64,000 bases of DNA from an uncultured Dokdonella sp. (GTDB taxonomy: Bacteria; Pseudomonadota; Gammaproteobacteria; Xanthomonadales; Rhodanobacteraceae): NCBI GenBank assembly GCA_964587775.1, contig CAZPLY010000007.1, positions 67,621-131,620 of the forward strand, in the 5' to 3' direction. The translations under genes were made by a program, and so were the position numbers. How positions within the stretch are numbered: the stretch's first letter is position 1; every line of letters begins with the position of its first letter. The notes beneath the pieces were generated by a model that made no database searches, had not been told where the DNA came from, and saw nothing but the letters and a program-made list of their open reading frames with translations. Shown in pieces: positions 1 to 9,430 of the stretch.

Positions 1-6
1 TCACAG

Positions 7-639
7 GTGCTTGAAATCCTCATTGCGGGCGGCTGGGCGATGATTCCGATCGGGGTCTGCTCGGCGGTCGCCCTCGCGATCATCCTCGAACGCTTCTGGA
101 CGCTGCGCCGCAAGGCCGTCATCCCGCCGCAGCTCGGTGACCAGGTCCTGTCCTGGGCCCGCACGCGCAAGCTCGACCCCCAGCACATCGAGGCCTTGCG
201 CCAGACCTCGCCGCTCGGGGAACTGCTCGCCTCGGCCCTCGTCGTGCGCAACCGCCCGCGCGAGGTCATCAAGGAGCGTGTCGAGGACACCGGTCGGCAC
301 GTCATGCACCAGCTCGAGCGCTTCCTCAACACGCTCGGCACGATCGCGCTGATCTCGCCGCTGCTCGGCCTGCTCGGCACCGTGTTCGGCATGATCAGCA
401 TGTTCTTCGCGGTGATGGTCAGCGGCGTCGGCGACCCGCTCAAGATGGCCGGCGGCATCGGCGAGGCGCTCATCTGCACGGCCAGCGGCCTCAGCGTCGC
501 GATCCCGGCGTACTTCTTCCACCGCTACTTCCGCGGGCGCGTGACCGACCTGACGATCGACATGGAGAAGCAGGTCATCGCCCTGATCGACGAACTCGTG
601 ATCGCCACGGAAGTCGCGCCCGCGCGCGCGGCCGGCTGA
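7..639 (+). CDS. exbB: MotA/TolQ/ExbB-family proton-channel protein (ExbB-like)
   Basis: 210-aa ORF with a typical ExbB/TolQ N-terminus (MLEILIAGGWAMIPI...AIILERFW) and C-terminal TM pair. An ExbD-like gene follows 9 nt downstream. GTG start at 7; the frame is open to the window edge, so the 5' end could lie upstream. Confidence 0.8.
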   Translation: MLEILIAGGWAMIPIGVCSAVALAIILERFWTLRRKAVIPPQLGDQVLSWARTRKLDPQHIEALRQTSPLGELLASALVVRNRPREVIKERVEDTGRHVMHQLERFLNTLGTIALISPLLGLLGTVFGMISMFFAVMVSGVGDPLKMAGGIGEALICTASGLSVAIPAYFFHRYFRGRVTDLTIDMEKQVIALIDELVIATEVAPARAAG

Positions 640-648
640 GCCCTGACG

Positions 649-1080
649 ATGCGCATTGCTTCGGGCCGCCGCGAGGAGGATTTCGAGATCAACGTGATCT
701 CGCTGATCGACGTCCTGCTGACCCTGCTCATGTTCTTCGTCATGACGACGACCTTCGTCCAGCATTCGGCGATGAAGGTCACCCTGCCCGAGGCCGCGAC
801 GAGCGAAACGGCACGCGACGAGCAGGCCCTGACCGTCATGGTCGATGCCGAGGGACGCTATTTCATCGACAACAACGAAGTGCTCAATCCGTCGCTCGAA
901 ACGCTCAAGGAAGCGATCACGCGGGTCACCGGCGATGATCGCGAGCGTGCGGTCGTGCTGCGCGCGGACGCGATGACACCGCACCAGGCCGTCGTCACCG
1001 CGATGGACGCGCTCGGCCAGCTCGGCTTCGAACGCCTGAGCCTGGCGACGACGCCGGCCAAGGCGGGCGCCGCGAAGTGA
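649..1080 (+). CDS. exbD: ExbD/TolR-family biopolymer transport protein
   Basis: 143 aa with a single N-terminal TM (INVISLIDVLLTLLMFF) and a periplasmic domain typical of ExbD/TolR. Immediately downstream of exbB. Confidence 0.8.
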   Translation: MRIASGRREEDFEINVISLIDVLLTLLMFFVMTTTFVQHSAMKVTLPEAATSETARDEQALTVMVDAEGRYFIDNNEVLNPSLETLKEAITRVTGDDRERAVVLRADAMTPHQAVVTAMDALGQLGFERLSLATTPAKAGAAK

Positions 1081-2882
1081 CCGCGCCCCGCGGGTCCGAT
1101 GCGGCGACGGGCCAACTGCCCGATGCCGGTGCGTTCGCGACCTATCGTCGCCTGCTCGGCTATGCCGCACGCTACCGCGGCTATGCATTGGCCGGGATCA
1201 CCGGCATGGTCTTCGATGCCGGCGTCGCGGCGACGTTCGCTTGGCTGATCCAGCCGATGCTCGACAACCTGTTCATCGACCGCAGCGCGGCAGCGATCCT
1301 GTGGATGCCGGTCATCATCGTCGGCCTGTTCGTCGTGCGCGGTGCGGCGACCTTCATCGCCGACTACGGCCTTGCCCGGATCGGTCGCGATGTCGTCGAG
1401 ACGCTGCGCGGCGAGGTGTTCTCGCACTATCTCGACCTGCCGGCCAGCCATTTCGACCGGGAGGCATCGGGCCAGATGATCGCCCGCCTGACCTACACGG
1501 TCGAACAGGTTGCCCAGGCGAGCACGAACGCGGTCAAGGTCATCGTGCTCGACAGCCTGACCGTGCTCGGCATGATCGGCGTCATGCTCTATTACAGCGC
1601 GCGGCTGACCTTGCTGTTGTTCATCATGGCGCCACTGATCGCGCTCGTCGCCTGGGCGGTCGGCCGCCGTTACCGGCGCATCAGCCGCAAGATCCAGCAT
1701 TCGGTCGGATCGGTCACCGGCATCGTCGACGAAGCGATCGAAGGCCAGCGTGAGGTCAAGGTCTATCTCGGCCAGCAGGCCGAACGCGCGCGCTTCGCCG
1801 AGATCAACGAGCGCAACCGGACCTTGAACCTGAAGATTTCGGCGACCAATGCGCTGTCGACCTCGGTCGTGCAGATCGTCGCCGCCTGTGCGCTCGCGCT
1901 CGTGATCTTCTTCGCGACGCGCCCCTCGATGATCGATTCGATGACGCCGGGCGCGTTCATGGCCCTGATCACCGCAATGCTGACGATGCTGCCCTCGCTC
2001 AAGCGCCTGACCACGGTCCAGGCGATGATGCAGCGCGGCGTGGCGGCCGCGCAGAGCCTGTTCGCCGTGATCGATGCACCGAGCGAGCGCGACGAAGGCA
2101 CGCTGCGCATCGATCGCTGCCGCGGCGAGATCGAGTTGCGCGACGTCGTCCTGCGCTATCCGGGCAAGGACGTGCCGGCCTTGCAAGGCATCAACCTGCG
2201 CTGTGCGCCAGGCACGGTGACCGCCCTCGTCGGGCGTTCCGGCAGCGGCAAGTCGAGCCTCGCCAGCCTGATCCCGCGCTTCTACGAACCCGAATCGGGC
2301 GTGGTCCTGCTCGATGGCGAACCGCTCGCGCGCTATTCGCTCGAAAGCCTGCGCAACCAGATCGCCTGGGTCGGCCAGCAGGTCGTCCTGTTCAACGACA
2401 CGATCGCCCGCAACATCGCCTATGGCGCGCTCGCCGGCGCCTCGCGCGAGGCGATCGAGGCGGCCGCGCGGGCGGCCAACGCACACGAATTCATCGCCCG
2501 CCTCGCCGACGGCCTCGACAGCGCGGCCGGCGAGGGCGGGGCGCTGCTGTCCGGCGGCCAGCGCCAGCGCATCGCGATCGCGCGCGCCCTGCTCAAGGAT
2601 GCGCCTGTGCTGATCCTCGACGAGGCGACCAGCGCGCTCGATACCGAGTCTGAACGCCTGATCCAGGATGCCCTGCAGGGACTGATGCGCGAGCGCACGG
2701 TGCTCGTCATCGCCCACCGCCTTTCGACGATCGAGCACGCCGACCAGATCGTCGTCCTCGATGACGGCCGCATCGTCGAGCAGGGCACCCATGCCGAACT
2801 GCTCGGCCTCGACGGCCACTACGCGGCGCTGCACCGCGTGCGTTTCCGCGAGACCGGTCCCGACATCGACCCGCGCGCATGA
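1077..2882 (+). CDS. msbA: Lipid A export ABC transporter permease/ATPase MsbA
   Basis: 601 aa with an N-terminal 6-TM domain plus an ABC ATPase: Walker A GRSGSGKSS, signature LSGGQRQR, Walker B LILDEATSALD. GTGA overlap with the exbD stop. lpxK follows, the classic msbA-lpxK pairing. Confidence 0.9.
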   Translation: MTAPRGSDAATGQLPDAGAFATYRRLLGYAARYRGYALAGITGMVFDAGVAATFAWLIQPMLDNLFIDRSAAAILWMPVIIVGLFVVRGAATFIADYGLARIGRDVVETLRGEVFSHYLDLPASHFDREASGQMIARLTYTVEQVAQASTNAVKVIVLDSLTVLGMIGVMLYYSARLTLLLFIMAPLIALVAWAVGRRYRRISRKIQHSVGSVTGIVDEAIEGQREVKVYLGQQAERARFAEINERNRTLNLKISATNALSTSVVQIVAACALALVIFFATRPSMIDSMTPGAFMALITAMLTMLPSLKRLTTVQAMMQRGVAAAQSLFAVIDAPSERDEGTLRIDRCRGEIELRDVVLRYPGKDVPALQGINLRCAPGTVTALVGRSGSGKSSLASLIPRFYEPESGVVLLDGEPLARYSLESLRNQIAWVGQQVVLFNDTIARNIAYGALAGASREAIEAAARAANAHEFIARLADGLDSAAGEGGALLSGGQRQRIAIARALLKDAPVLILDEATSALDTESERLIQDALQGLMRERTVLVIAHRLSTIEHADQIVVLDDGRIVEQGTHAELLGLDGHYAALHRVRFRETGPDIDPRA

Positions 2883-3877
2883 ACGCCGCGCTGATCGAGC
2901 GCATCTGGTACGGCGGGGCGCCGCCGCCGGCGGCCTTGCGCGCACTTGTTCCGCTGTATCGCTCGCTGCGCCTGCTCGCGCTGATGCCGTACCAGATCGG
3001 CCTGCGTCGTCCCCGTCGCCTGCCGGTCCCGGTCATTGTCGTCGGCAACCTCGCGGTCGGCGGCACCGGCAAGACGCCACTCGTCATTGCGCTCACCGAT
3101 GCATTGCGCGAGCGTGGATTCCATCCCGGCGTCGTCAGCCGTGGCTACGGCGGACGCACGCGCGTCGCGACCCTGCTCGACGATCGACCCGATCCGGCCG
3201 TCGTTGGCGACGAGCCGGCCCTGATCCGTCGCCGCACGCGCGTGCCGGTCGCGGTCGGTCGCTCGCGTGCCGCCGCGGCGAGCCTGCTGCTCGGGCGTGG
3301 CGTCGATGTCGTGATTGCCGACGACGGCCTGCAGAATCCGTCGCTCGCGCGCGACGTCGAGATCTGCGTCATCGATGGCGTGCGACGTTTCGGCAACGGC
3401 CAGTTGCTGCCGGCCGGCCCGTTGCGCGAAGCACTCGCGCGGCTGTCGGCGTTCGATTTCCTCGTCTGCAACGGCGGTGTCGCGGCCGACGGCGAGGTTG
3501 AGATGCGTCTCGAGGGCGACATCGCGGTCGCTCTCGCCGGGCCGGTTGCTTCGCGACCGCTCGCGAGTTTCGCCGGCCAACGCGTGCATGCCGTGGCCGG
3601 GATCGGACACCCCGCGCGCTTCTTCGCGAGCCTGCGCGTGCACGGAATCGAACTGGTCGAACACGCAATGCCAGATCACCACGCGCTGCGCCCGGCCGAC
3701 CTCGACTTCGCCGAGCGCCTGCCGGTGCTGATGACCGAAAAGGACGCGGTCAAATGCGCGGAGTGGGCGAGCGACGGGCATTGGTGCGTGCCGGTGCGTG
3801 CCGACCTGCCCGCGGCATTCCACGACGCGGTGGCTGCGCGCCTGCGTGCGCGCGATTCGAGCGTGCGGACCGGCTAG
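2879..3877 (+). CDS. lpxK: Tetraacyldisaccharide 4'-kinase LpxK
   Basis: 332 aa with P-loop VVGNLAVGGTGKTP and LpxK-like length and layout. ATGA overlap with the msbA stop. Confidence 0.9.
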   Translation: MNAALIERIWYGGAPPPAALRALVPLYRSLRLLALMPYQIGLRRPRRLPVPVIVVGNLAVGGTGKTPLVIALTDALRERGFHPGVVSRGYGGRTRVATLLDDRPDPAVVGDEPALIRRRTRVPVAVGRSRAAAASLLLGRGVDVVIADDGLQNPSLARDVEICVIDGVRRFGNGQLLPAGPLREALARLSAFDFLVCNGGVAADGEVEMRLEGDIAVALAGPVASRPLASFAGQRVHAVAGIGHPARFFASLRVHGIELVEHAMPDHHALRPADLDFAERLPVLMTEKDAVKCAEWASDGHWCVPVRADLPAAFHDAVAARLRARDSSVRTG

Positions 3878-4602
3878 CGGTCCTGCGGCATCGCGCCGAG
3901 GCGGACGACGCGCTCGATGTCGATGCCGTTGCGACGGATCGTCAGCGTCACCGCCTTGCCGGCCTCGTTGCGCAGGAGATCCTGGAACTCCACCCGATCG
4001 GCGAACGGACGGCCGTTGAAGCGCAGCACGAGGTCACCGGCCATGAGGTTCGCATCCGATGCCGGGGTCGCGCCGACGACCGAGCCGATCCGCACGCCGC
4101 CGTCGCTGCCGGCGGTGTCGCGCTCGGCCGGGGTCAGGTTGCGGAACGTCGCCCCGAACAGCAGCTTGAAGCGCACGTAATACACCGCGAGGAATTCCTC
4201 GCCATCGCCGCCGTCCGCCGGGTGCCGCGGGTAGACGAGCATGCGCTCGACGCCGAAGCGCGCCGCGAACGCCGCCGCGTCCTCCTCGGCCCGGGGATCA
4301 TCGACGGCGAAGCGGCTGCTGCCGACATGCACGAAACCGAGCGCGCCGAGCGCCTCGCGATCGCCGAGCAGGTTCTTGCCGAGGACGATCTGCGGACGCA
4401 CCGGCGCCGGTTCCGCGCGCAATGCGGCGATCACCTCGGGACCACGGCCCGGGACCGCTTCGAAGTGCGGGTCGATCACGGACTCGGGGTCGACCCGCGT
4501 CGGTTCGCCGGGCGACTCGACGAGGACCGATTGCGTGACGCATCCCGTGACCAGCGTGAGCAGTACAGCGATCGGCAGGATCCGGAAATTCGCTTTCATC
4601 AC
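3874..4602 (-). CDS. PDZ-domain lipoprotein, function unknown
   Basis: 242 aa. Signal peptide with lipobox (LLTLVTGC). C-terminal PDZ-like segment (GIRIGSVVGATPASDANLMAGDLVLRFNGRPF...). Convergent with lpxK. Confidence 0.6.
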   Translation of the reverse strand: MMKANFRILPIAVLLTLVTGCVTQSVLVESPGEPTRVDPESVIDPHFEAVPGRGPEVIAALRAEPAPVRPQIVLGKNLLGDREALGALGFVHVGSSRFAVDDPRAEEDAAAFAARFGVERMLVYPRHPADGGDGEEFLAVYYVRFKLLFGATFRNLTPAERDTAGSDGGVRIGSVVGATPASDANLMAGDLVLRFNGRPFADRVEFQDLLRNEAGKAVTLTIRRNGIDIERVVRLGAMPQDR

Positions 4603-4968
4603 GCAAGCATAGCGCCATTATGTGGGCAACTCGACGACCGGATCGCTTGCCTCGAGACCGGCATGGACGTGTCGACGATCAATCTGCTGCGCAATCCCTG
4701 GTTCGATTCGCCTCTATGCGCATGATCCAGGGCCCCGCGGGCGACAATCTCTTTCCGACGGCAGGCGCGCGGGCACACGATCAGGCAGTCGCGATGCAAG
4801 TCATCGCTTTCGCGCATCACGACGTGGTTGCGTCTTCCGCGCCCGGCACCCATCCAGGCCGTCAGGTGCGGACCCGGCCCTCGGGCTTCCATTCCTCGGC
4901 CGCGCCGTGCAATCGCGCTGAAACGGCGGGTGAGGAAACTACGCGGATCGTCGAAGTGGAGCCGGTCA

Positions 4969-5244
4969 ATGATCCGTCAATGGGTGTGGGCACTCTTGCT
5001 GGCCTCTGGCTGCGCGAATGCCCAAAGTGCGCTGGTCGGCAAGAAGCTGATCTCGCGCGGGGATCCTGTCGAGCGCGTGCGCGACGCCGGCGGAGCGCCG
5101 GATCGCCTTGACCGCATCGACGGCGCCGACCATTCGCCGCCGATGGAGATCTGGACGTATCGGCGCCGCGATCGGACGATCACCTTGTGGGTTGTCGACG
5201 AACGCGTCGTGCAGGTCGAGGACAAGGCCGCGCACATGCATTGA
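4969..5244 (+). CDS. Small exported protein, DUF2845-like
   Basis: I use the internal ATG at 4969 of ORF 4828..5244, giving MIRQWVWALLLASGCANAQS (signal peptide) plus about 70 aa. The pattern L.S.GD..E.V....G.P........EIWTY........L.........VE recalls DUF2845 periplasmic proteins. Family call is from memory only. Confidence 0.5.
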   Translation: MIRQWVWALLLASGCANAQSALVGKKLISRGDPVERVRDAGGAPDRLDRIDGADHSPPMEIWTYRRRDRTITLWVVDERVVQVEDKAAHMH

Positions 5245-5311
5245 AGGCACGATCGAGAGGGAGGCCGGCTGAGCGTGCCGGCTCGGGGCTGCGCTTGTGC
5301 TGCGGCGCAGG

Positions 5312-6331
5312 TCAGGCGTTTGCGGTCGACATCGCGTTGGTCGACCTGGCCTCGATCACGACACGGTTGCGACCACCGCGCTTGGCTTCATACAGCGCCT
5401 GATCGGCACGCCCCACGGCACTCGAAATGCTTCCATGACCGGCGCGCCAGATCGAGACGCCGATGCTGACGGTGACCCGGACCCCCTGGAAATCGGTCGC
5501 GGCGACCCTCTCGCGCATGCGTTCGGCAAGTCGCGCGCCCGCCCCGGCGTCGGCTGCGCCGAGCATGACCGCGAACTCCTCGCCGCCGTAGCGGAACAGC
5601 GGCACCCCGGGATCGAGGCTGCGCCCGAGCTCGGCGGCTACCTGGGTTATGACGCGGTCGCCAACCAGATGGCCGTGCTGGTCGTTGATGGCCTTGAAAT
5701 GATCGATGTCGATCAACAGGAACGTGCAATCGCCGCGTGCCCCGGAGGCTGCAAGCTGGTCGAGCGCCTCGTTGAACGTGCGCCGGTTGAGACAGTTGGT
5801 CAGCGCATCGTGGTCCGAGTGGAAGCGCAGCATCGCGGCCGCGCGCTCCTGCAGCAGGGCATACGTGAAAACGAAGCAGACGAGCATGCCGTAGCCGCTG
5901 ACGAAGCGTACGAGGTCGATCAGCGGGATCAGGCTCGCGGTGACCGCAGCGACGAACGCGCCGAACACCAGCATGCCGGCGAGGGCGGGCCGCGCGCGCA
6001 TGAGGAACACGAGGACGGGCGGCATGATGTACGCCCAGTGATGCATGTAGCGGCCCTGGAACCAGCCGACCACGACCGAGACTACGAGGATCGCGACGAT
6101 GACGATGAAGAACATCGTGCCGCCGATCCGGCGTGGCAGGATCAGCAGCGCAGCCACGCAAATCGTCTCGACGACGAGGATGCCCCAGGCAAGCATCGCG
6201 GTCTGGCGATAGCCGAGATGGGTATTGAGCGCGGCCAGGGCGAGCATCAGCAGCATCAGCACGATGCCGAGCACCAGCGCGACCCGCCAGCGCATCGTCT
6301 CGCGCAGGATCGAGAACGAATCCCGACGCAT
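5312..6331 (-). CDS. Membrane-anchored diguanylate cyclase (GGDEF domain)
   Basis: About 5-6 N-terminal TM helices, then a GGDEF domain with an intact active site (RYGGEEFAVML) and DIDHFKAINDQHGHLVGD. I use the ATG at 6331 (MRRDSFSIL...); the ORF in the track extends to 6475. Confidence 0.85.
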   Translation of the reverse strand: MRRDSFSILRETMRWRVALVLGIVLMLLMLALAALNTHLGYRQTAMLAWGILVVETICVAALLILPRRIGGTMFFIVIVAILVVSVVVGWFQGRYMHHWAYIMPPVLVFLMRARPALAGMLVFGAFVAAVTASLIPLIDLVRFVSGYGMLVCFVFTYALLQERAAAMLRFHSDHDALTNCLNRRTFNEALDQLAASGARGDCTFLLIDIDHFKAINDQHGHLVGDRVITQVAAELGRSLDPGVPLFRYGGEEFAVMLGAADAGAGARLAERMRERVAATDFQGVRVTVSIGVSIWRAGHGSISSAVGRADQALYEAKRGGRNRVVIEARSTNAMSTANA

Positions 6332-6489
6332 CAGCACGTGGAGGTTTCCCCGCTCATTCGCGCATCCTAGCGCATGGCGTCGCGGCTGCCGATGAATCGG
6401 GGCGCGCGTCGACGGGGCGCGCAGGCAAAAAAAACCCGCGGTACGGGCGACGCCCGTCCGCGGGTTCGGAAGCAACGCGGTTCAGCGCA

Positions 6490-8150
6490 TCAGTCGAAAC
6501 CGTCCGCGAAGATCGTGTCGCCACTCGTCGTGAACGAGACGATCGCGACGTCGTACGGTCCCGCGCGCAGGACCGGAACGGGAGTGCCACCGATGCTCGG
6601 GTTCATGTTGAGGTTGAGCGTCGTGCTCGAGTTCGCGAACGCCCCCGGGAAGTCGAGCACGGCTCCGTTGCGGAAATCGTCGTCGGCCGCAGCCGGCAGG
6701 TTGTTGCCAAAGCTGAAGTTCGAGATCGCCAGATAGTAGGTGCCGTCGGCGTAGCTGCGGATCAGCTCGGACTGCAGCGTCGCCCCCTGGAAATGGTCGT
6801 CGTTGCCGTAGTCCGGAATCGCCGTGCGTGCGTCGTCGTACACCCACATGTCGGTGTCGGTCGACGTTTGCCCGACGGTCGTGATCGTGACCGGGCTCGT
6901 CGTGACCGCCGGACCCGTGATCGGCGTCACCGCCTCGACCGTGTAATCGAGCGAGTAATCGGCGGTCGTCGCCGCCACGCCGGTCACGCGGAAGTAGATG
7001 TCGGCCGGCACCTCGTTCGTGTACCACTGGATGAAGCGCGCCGGCGTCGTCGTCGTCGAGCTCGTCTGGAATGCGGCATCGGTGCCTGCATTGATCACGC
7101 CGGCCGTCTGGGTCAGGCCGCGGATCGACAAGGTATGGCCGACGGTCGTGCTGTTGACGATCAGGCGATGCCGGTAGAAGCCGGGTGTTGCCTGCGGTGA
7201 CGTCGTTGCGCGCACGTAGTCGGGTCCGGTCCCGGTCGCCGATGTCGAGTTTCCGCCGAACACGAACGTCGAGTCGGATGGCGGCAGTACCAGCGTATTG
7301 GCGGCCCCCTTCGAGTCATTCGGCTCGATCTCGCCGACGCCGACCGTGAAACGCGCGAACTGGACGTCGTACGGACCGGCGCGAAGCATGCTCACCGGCG
7401 TTCCAGCGATCGAAGTATCGAGATCGGTCGCGGTCGTGCTCGTGCTGGAATTGACGATGACGCCCGGGAAATCGACGACAGGGCCGTTCAGCCAGCGGTC
7501 GTTCGGCGGACTTGCCAGGTTGTTGGCCAGGTTGTAGTTGGTGACGGCGACGAAGTACACGCCCGGATCGAAGTCCCCGGACACGCTGGACTGGGCGACG
7601 GTGCCCGGGGCCGGCTCGTCGTCGTTGCCGAACCCGGGAATCGGTGCGCGCGACCCGTCGTAGATCCAGATATCGGTGTCAACCGTGGTCTGGCCAACGG
7701 TCGTCACGGTCAGCGGGCCCGGTATGACTCCGGTCGGACCGGCCACCGGCGAAACAGCCTCGACTTCGTAGTCGAGTTGGTAATCGCCCGAGGTCGCGGC
7801 GGCGCCGGTGACGCGCAGATACATGTCGGCCGGCGCGCCGGTCGTGAACCATTGCACGAACCGCGCCGGGGTCGTCGTCGAGCTGCTTGTCTGTACGGCA
7901 GTATCGGTGCCCGCGTTGATAGCCCCGGCAGTCTGTGTCAGGCCGCGAATCGACATCGTATGGCCCGGCGTGGTGCTCGTGACGATCAGGCGATGGCGAT
8001 AGAAACCCGCGGCCTGCGCGGCCGACTTGACGAGGAACGTGTCAATGCCGGTGCCCGAGCTCGAGACCGAGTTGCCGGTCATGACCCCTTCGCGATCGAC
8101 GGGGGGCAACTGGATCGTGTTGGCTTCGGCCTTCGAATCGTTCGGCTCGG
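6490..8150 (-). repeat. In-frame tandem duplication (2 x ~820 bp) inside the exported protein gene
   Basis: Module A (ETEPNDSKAEANTIQLPP...ARFTV, about 7331-8150) and module B (GEIEPNDSKGAANTLVLPP...IFADGFD, 6490 to about 7330) align along their whole length, e.g. GFYRHRLIV.STT.GHT.SIRGLTQTAG.INAGTD and TTTPARF.QW.T. Boundaries are approximate. Confidence 0.7.
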
Positions 8151-9072
8151 TTTCGGACGGCGGGATGACCGGGCCGCACGTGGTCGGGATGGCCAGTTCC
8201 CATTCGCCTGACGGCGTGTTCGTGTGCAGCGGCACGATCGCGCCGGTTGCGAGATTGAACGAGCCATAGGTGTAGGTGCCGCCACCCGTGTACACGGCCG
8301 CGTACAGCGTGCCGTCGTTGTTGTCGAAATCCATGCCCTGGGCGAAATTCGCGGCCAGACCGTGGGCTCCGATCAGGGTGGCCGCGCCGGTTGCGCGGTT
8401 GATCGAGTACAGCGAATCCGTGCCGATGTCGTGCCCGTACATGTCGCCATCGCAGTTGATCGCGATGTCGATCATGATTCCGCTCGGCACGCCGTGCGGC
8501 CCGATCAAGGTCGCCACGCCCGTGGCGAGGTTGATCGAATACAAGGCGCCCGATCCGGCAGCGCCGCCCGAGGTGATGAACGCGTCGCCCGTGACCGGGT
8601 CGATCGTCAATCCGCTCGGCGTGTCACCAGACGTGATGCCGGTCACCGTGAACAACGGCGTGAAAGCGCCGGTGGCCGGGTTGACCGTGCCGAACGATGG
8701 CGGTGTCGCAGCGATCGTCTGGATCGCGTAAAGGGTGGTCCCGGTTGGATCGAAATCCCAGCCATAAATGCTCGCGCCAGGATCGCCGACGAAGGTCTGC
8801 GTACCGAATACGGCAAGCGTGAATGTGTACAGGCCCTGGTTGCTGCCTGCGACGCCGCGCATGTTGTACGAATAGCCGGTGTCGGACGGCGCATGAGGGG
8901 CGAGCGGCGACAAGGGCGTCCCCTGCGTCTCGCCGGACGTGCATTGTTCGGCGTAAGTGGCAGGTTCGGCGAGAGGACTGTTGGCGAGGGCCGTGCAGTC
9001 GAGGGATTCAGCGGCGGCCAGCGGAGCCGCTAGCGCAAACAACAGCGGAAACGCGAGTGATGATCTGTGCAT
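6490..9072 (-). CDS. Large exported repeat protein: N-terminal propeller-like domain plus two tandem ~274-aa PPC-like modules
   Basis: ATG at 9072 gives MHRSSLAFPLLFALAAPLAAAES (signal peptide). N-terminal region has reiterated LYSIN.ATG.ATLIG-type strands. Two paralogous modules follow, each opening with EPNDSK..AN (as in pre-peptidase C-terminal domains). Ends ...IFADGFD. Confidence 0.7.
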   Translation of the reverse strand: MHRSSLAFPLLFALAAPLAAAESLDCTALANSPLAEPATYAEQCTSGETQGTPLSPLAPHAPSDTGYSYNMRGVAGSNQGLYTFTLAVFGTQTFVGDPGASIYGWDFDPTGTTLYAIQTIAATPPSFGTVNPATGAFTPLFTVTGITSGDTPSGLTIDPVTGDAFITSGGAAGSGALYSINLATGVATLIGPHGVPSGIMIDIAINCDGDMYGHDIGTDSLYSINRATGAATLIGAHGLAANFAQGMDFDNNDGTLYAAVYTGGGTYTYGSFNLATGAIVPLHTNTPSGEWELAIPTTCGPVIPPSETEPNDSKAEANTIQLPPVDREGVMTGNSVSSSGTGIDTFLVKSAAQAAGFYRHRLIVTSTTPGHTMSIRGLTQTAGAINAGTDTAVQTSSSTTTPARFVQWFTTGAPADMYLRVTGAAATSGDYQLDYEVEAVSPVAGPTGVIPGPLTVTTVGQTTVDTDIWIYDGSRAPIPGFGNDDEPAPGTVAQSSVSGDFDPGVYFVAVTNYNLANNLASPPNDRWLNGPVVDFPGVIVNSSTSTTATDLDTSIAGTPVSMLRAGPYDVQFARFTVGVGEIEPNDSKGAANTLVLPPSDSTFVFGGNSTSATGTGPDYVRATTSPQATPGFYRHRLIVNSTTVGHTLSIRGLTQTAGVINAGTDAAFQTSSTTTTPARFIQWYTNEVPADIYFRVTGVAATTADYSLDYTVEAVTPITGPAVTTSPVTITTVGQTSTDTDMWVYDDARTAIPDYGNDDHFQGATLQSELIRSYADGTYYLAISNFSFGNNLPAAADDDFRNGAVLDFPGAFANSSTTLNLNMNPSIGGTPVPVLRAGPYDVAIVSFTTSGDTIFADGFD

Positions 9073-9430
9073 GTTCGATCCCCAGGTTGGATCCACGACG
9101 AACAACCAATGCATCGGTTGTGAGACAAGGCGACAGAAATCAGGCGGTGACTATCACACACCAGCATGGCCACTTCCAGTGGAAATGCCGACAGCGCGAG
9201 CCCGGCATACGCGGCCGTATTGAGGCGTTGGCGAAACGATCCCGGGCCCACGGAATCGATCAGCCGGGGGAACAATCGTCCGTCCGGGTCGACTCGCCGC
9301 AGCGGCCGCGGCAGCCGCAGCGGTCGCATCCCGCGCGTCCCGCGAGGCCGGATCGGCGCAGTTCCGGCGATGCGGACCATGCTCTGGCGAATGGCGGAAT
9401 CCCCGTGCAGCCGGCCGGCCAACGAGCCAT

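Noticed and set aside
1-2945. Long minus-strand ORFs (1..1188, 858..2945) overlapping exbB-exbD-msbA
   Set aside because: They run antisense to genes with unmistakable family motifs. Their translations are Arg/Ala/Gly/Asp-rich low-complexity sequence typical of open antisense frames in GC-rich DNA.
3874-3877. lpxK and the convergent PDZ lipoprotein gene share a CTAG, so TAG is the stop on both strands
   Set aside because: This is a real but trivial 4-nt convergent overlap with no evident functional implication.
4603-4968. A 366-bp spacer here and a 358-bp spacer at 9073-9430 with several short ORFs
   Set aside because: I could find no ORF with a recognisable domain, signal peptide or RBS, and no obvious RNA motif or repeat. 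They are left unannotated rather than guessed.
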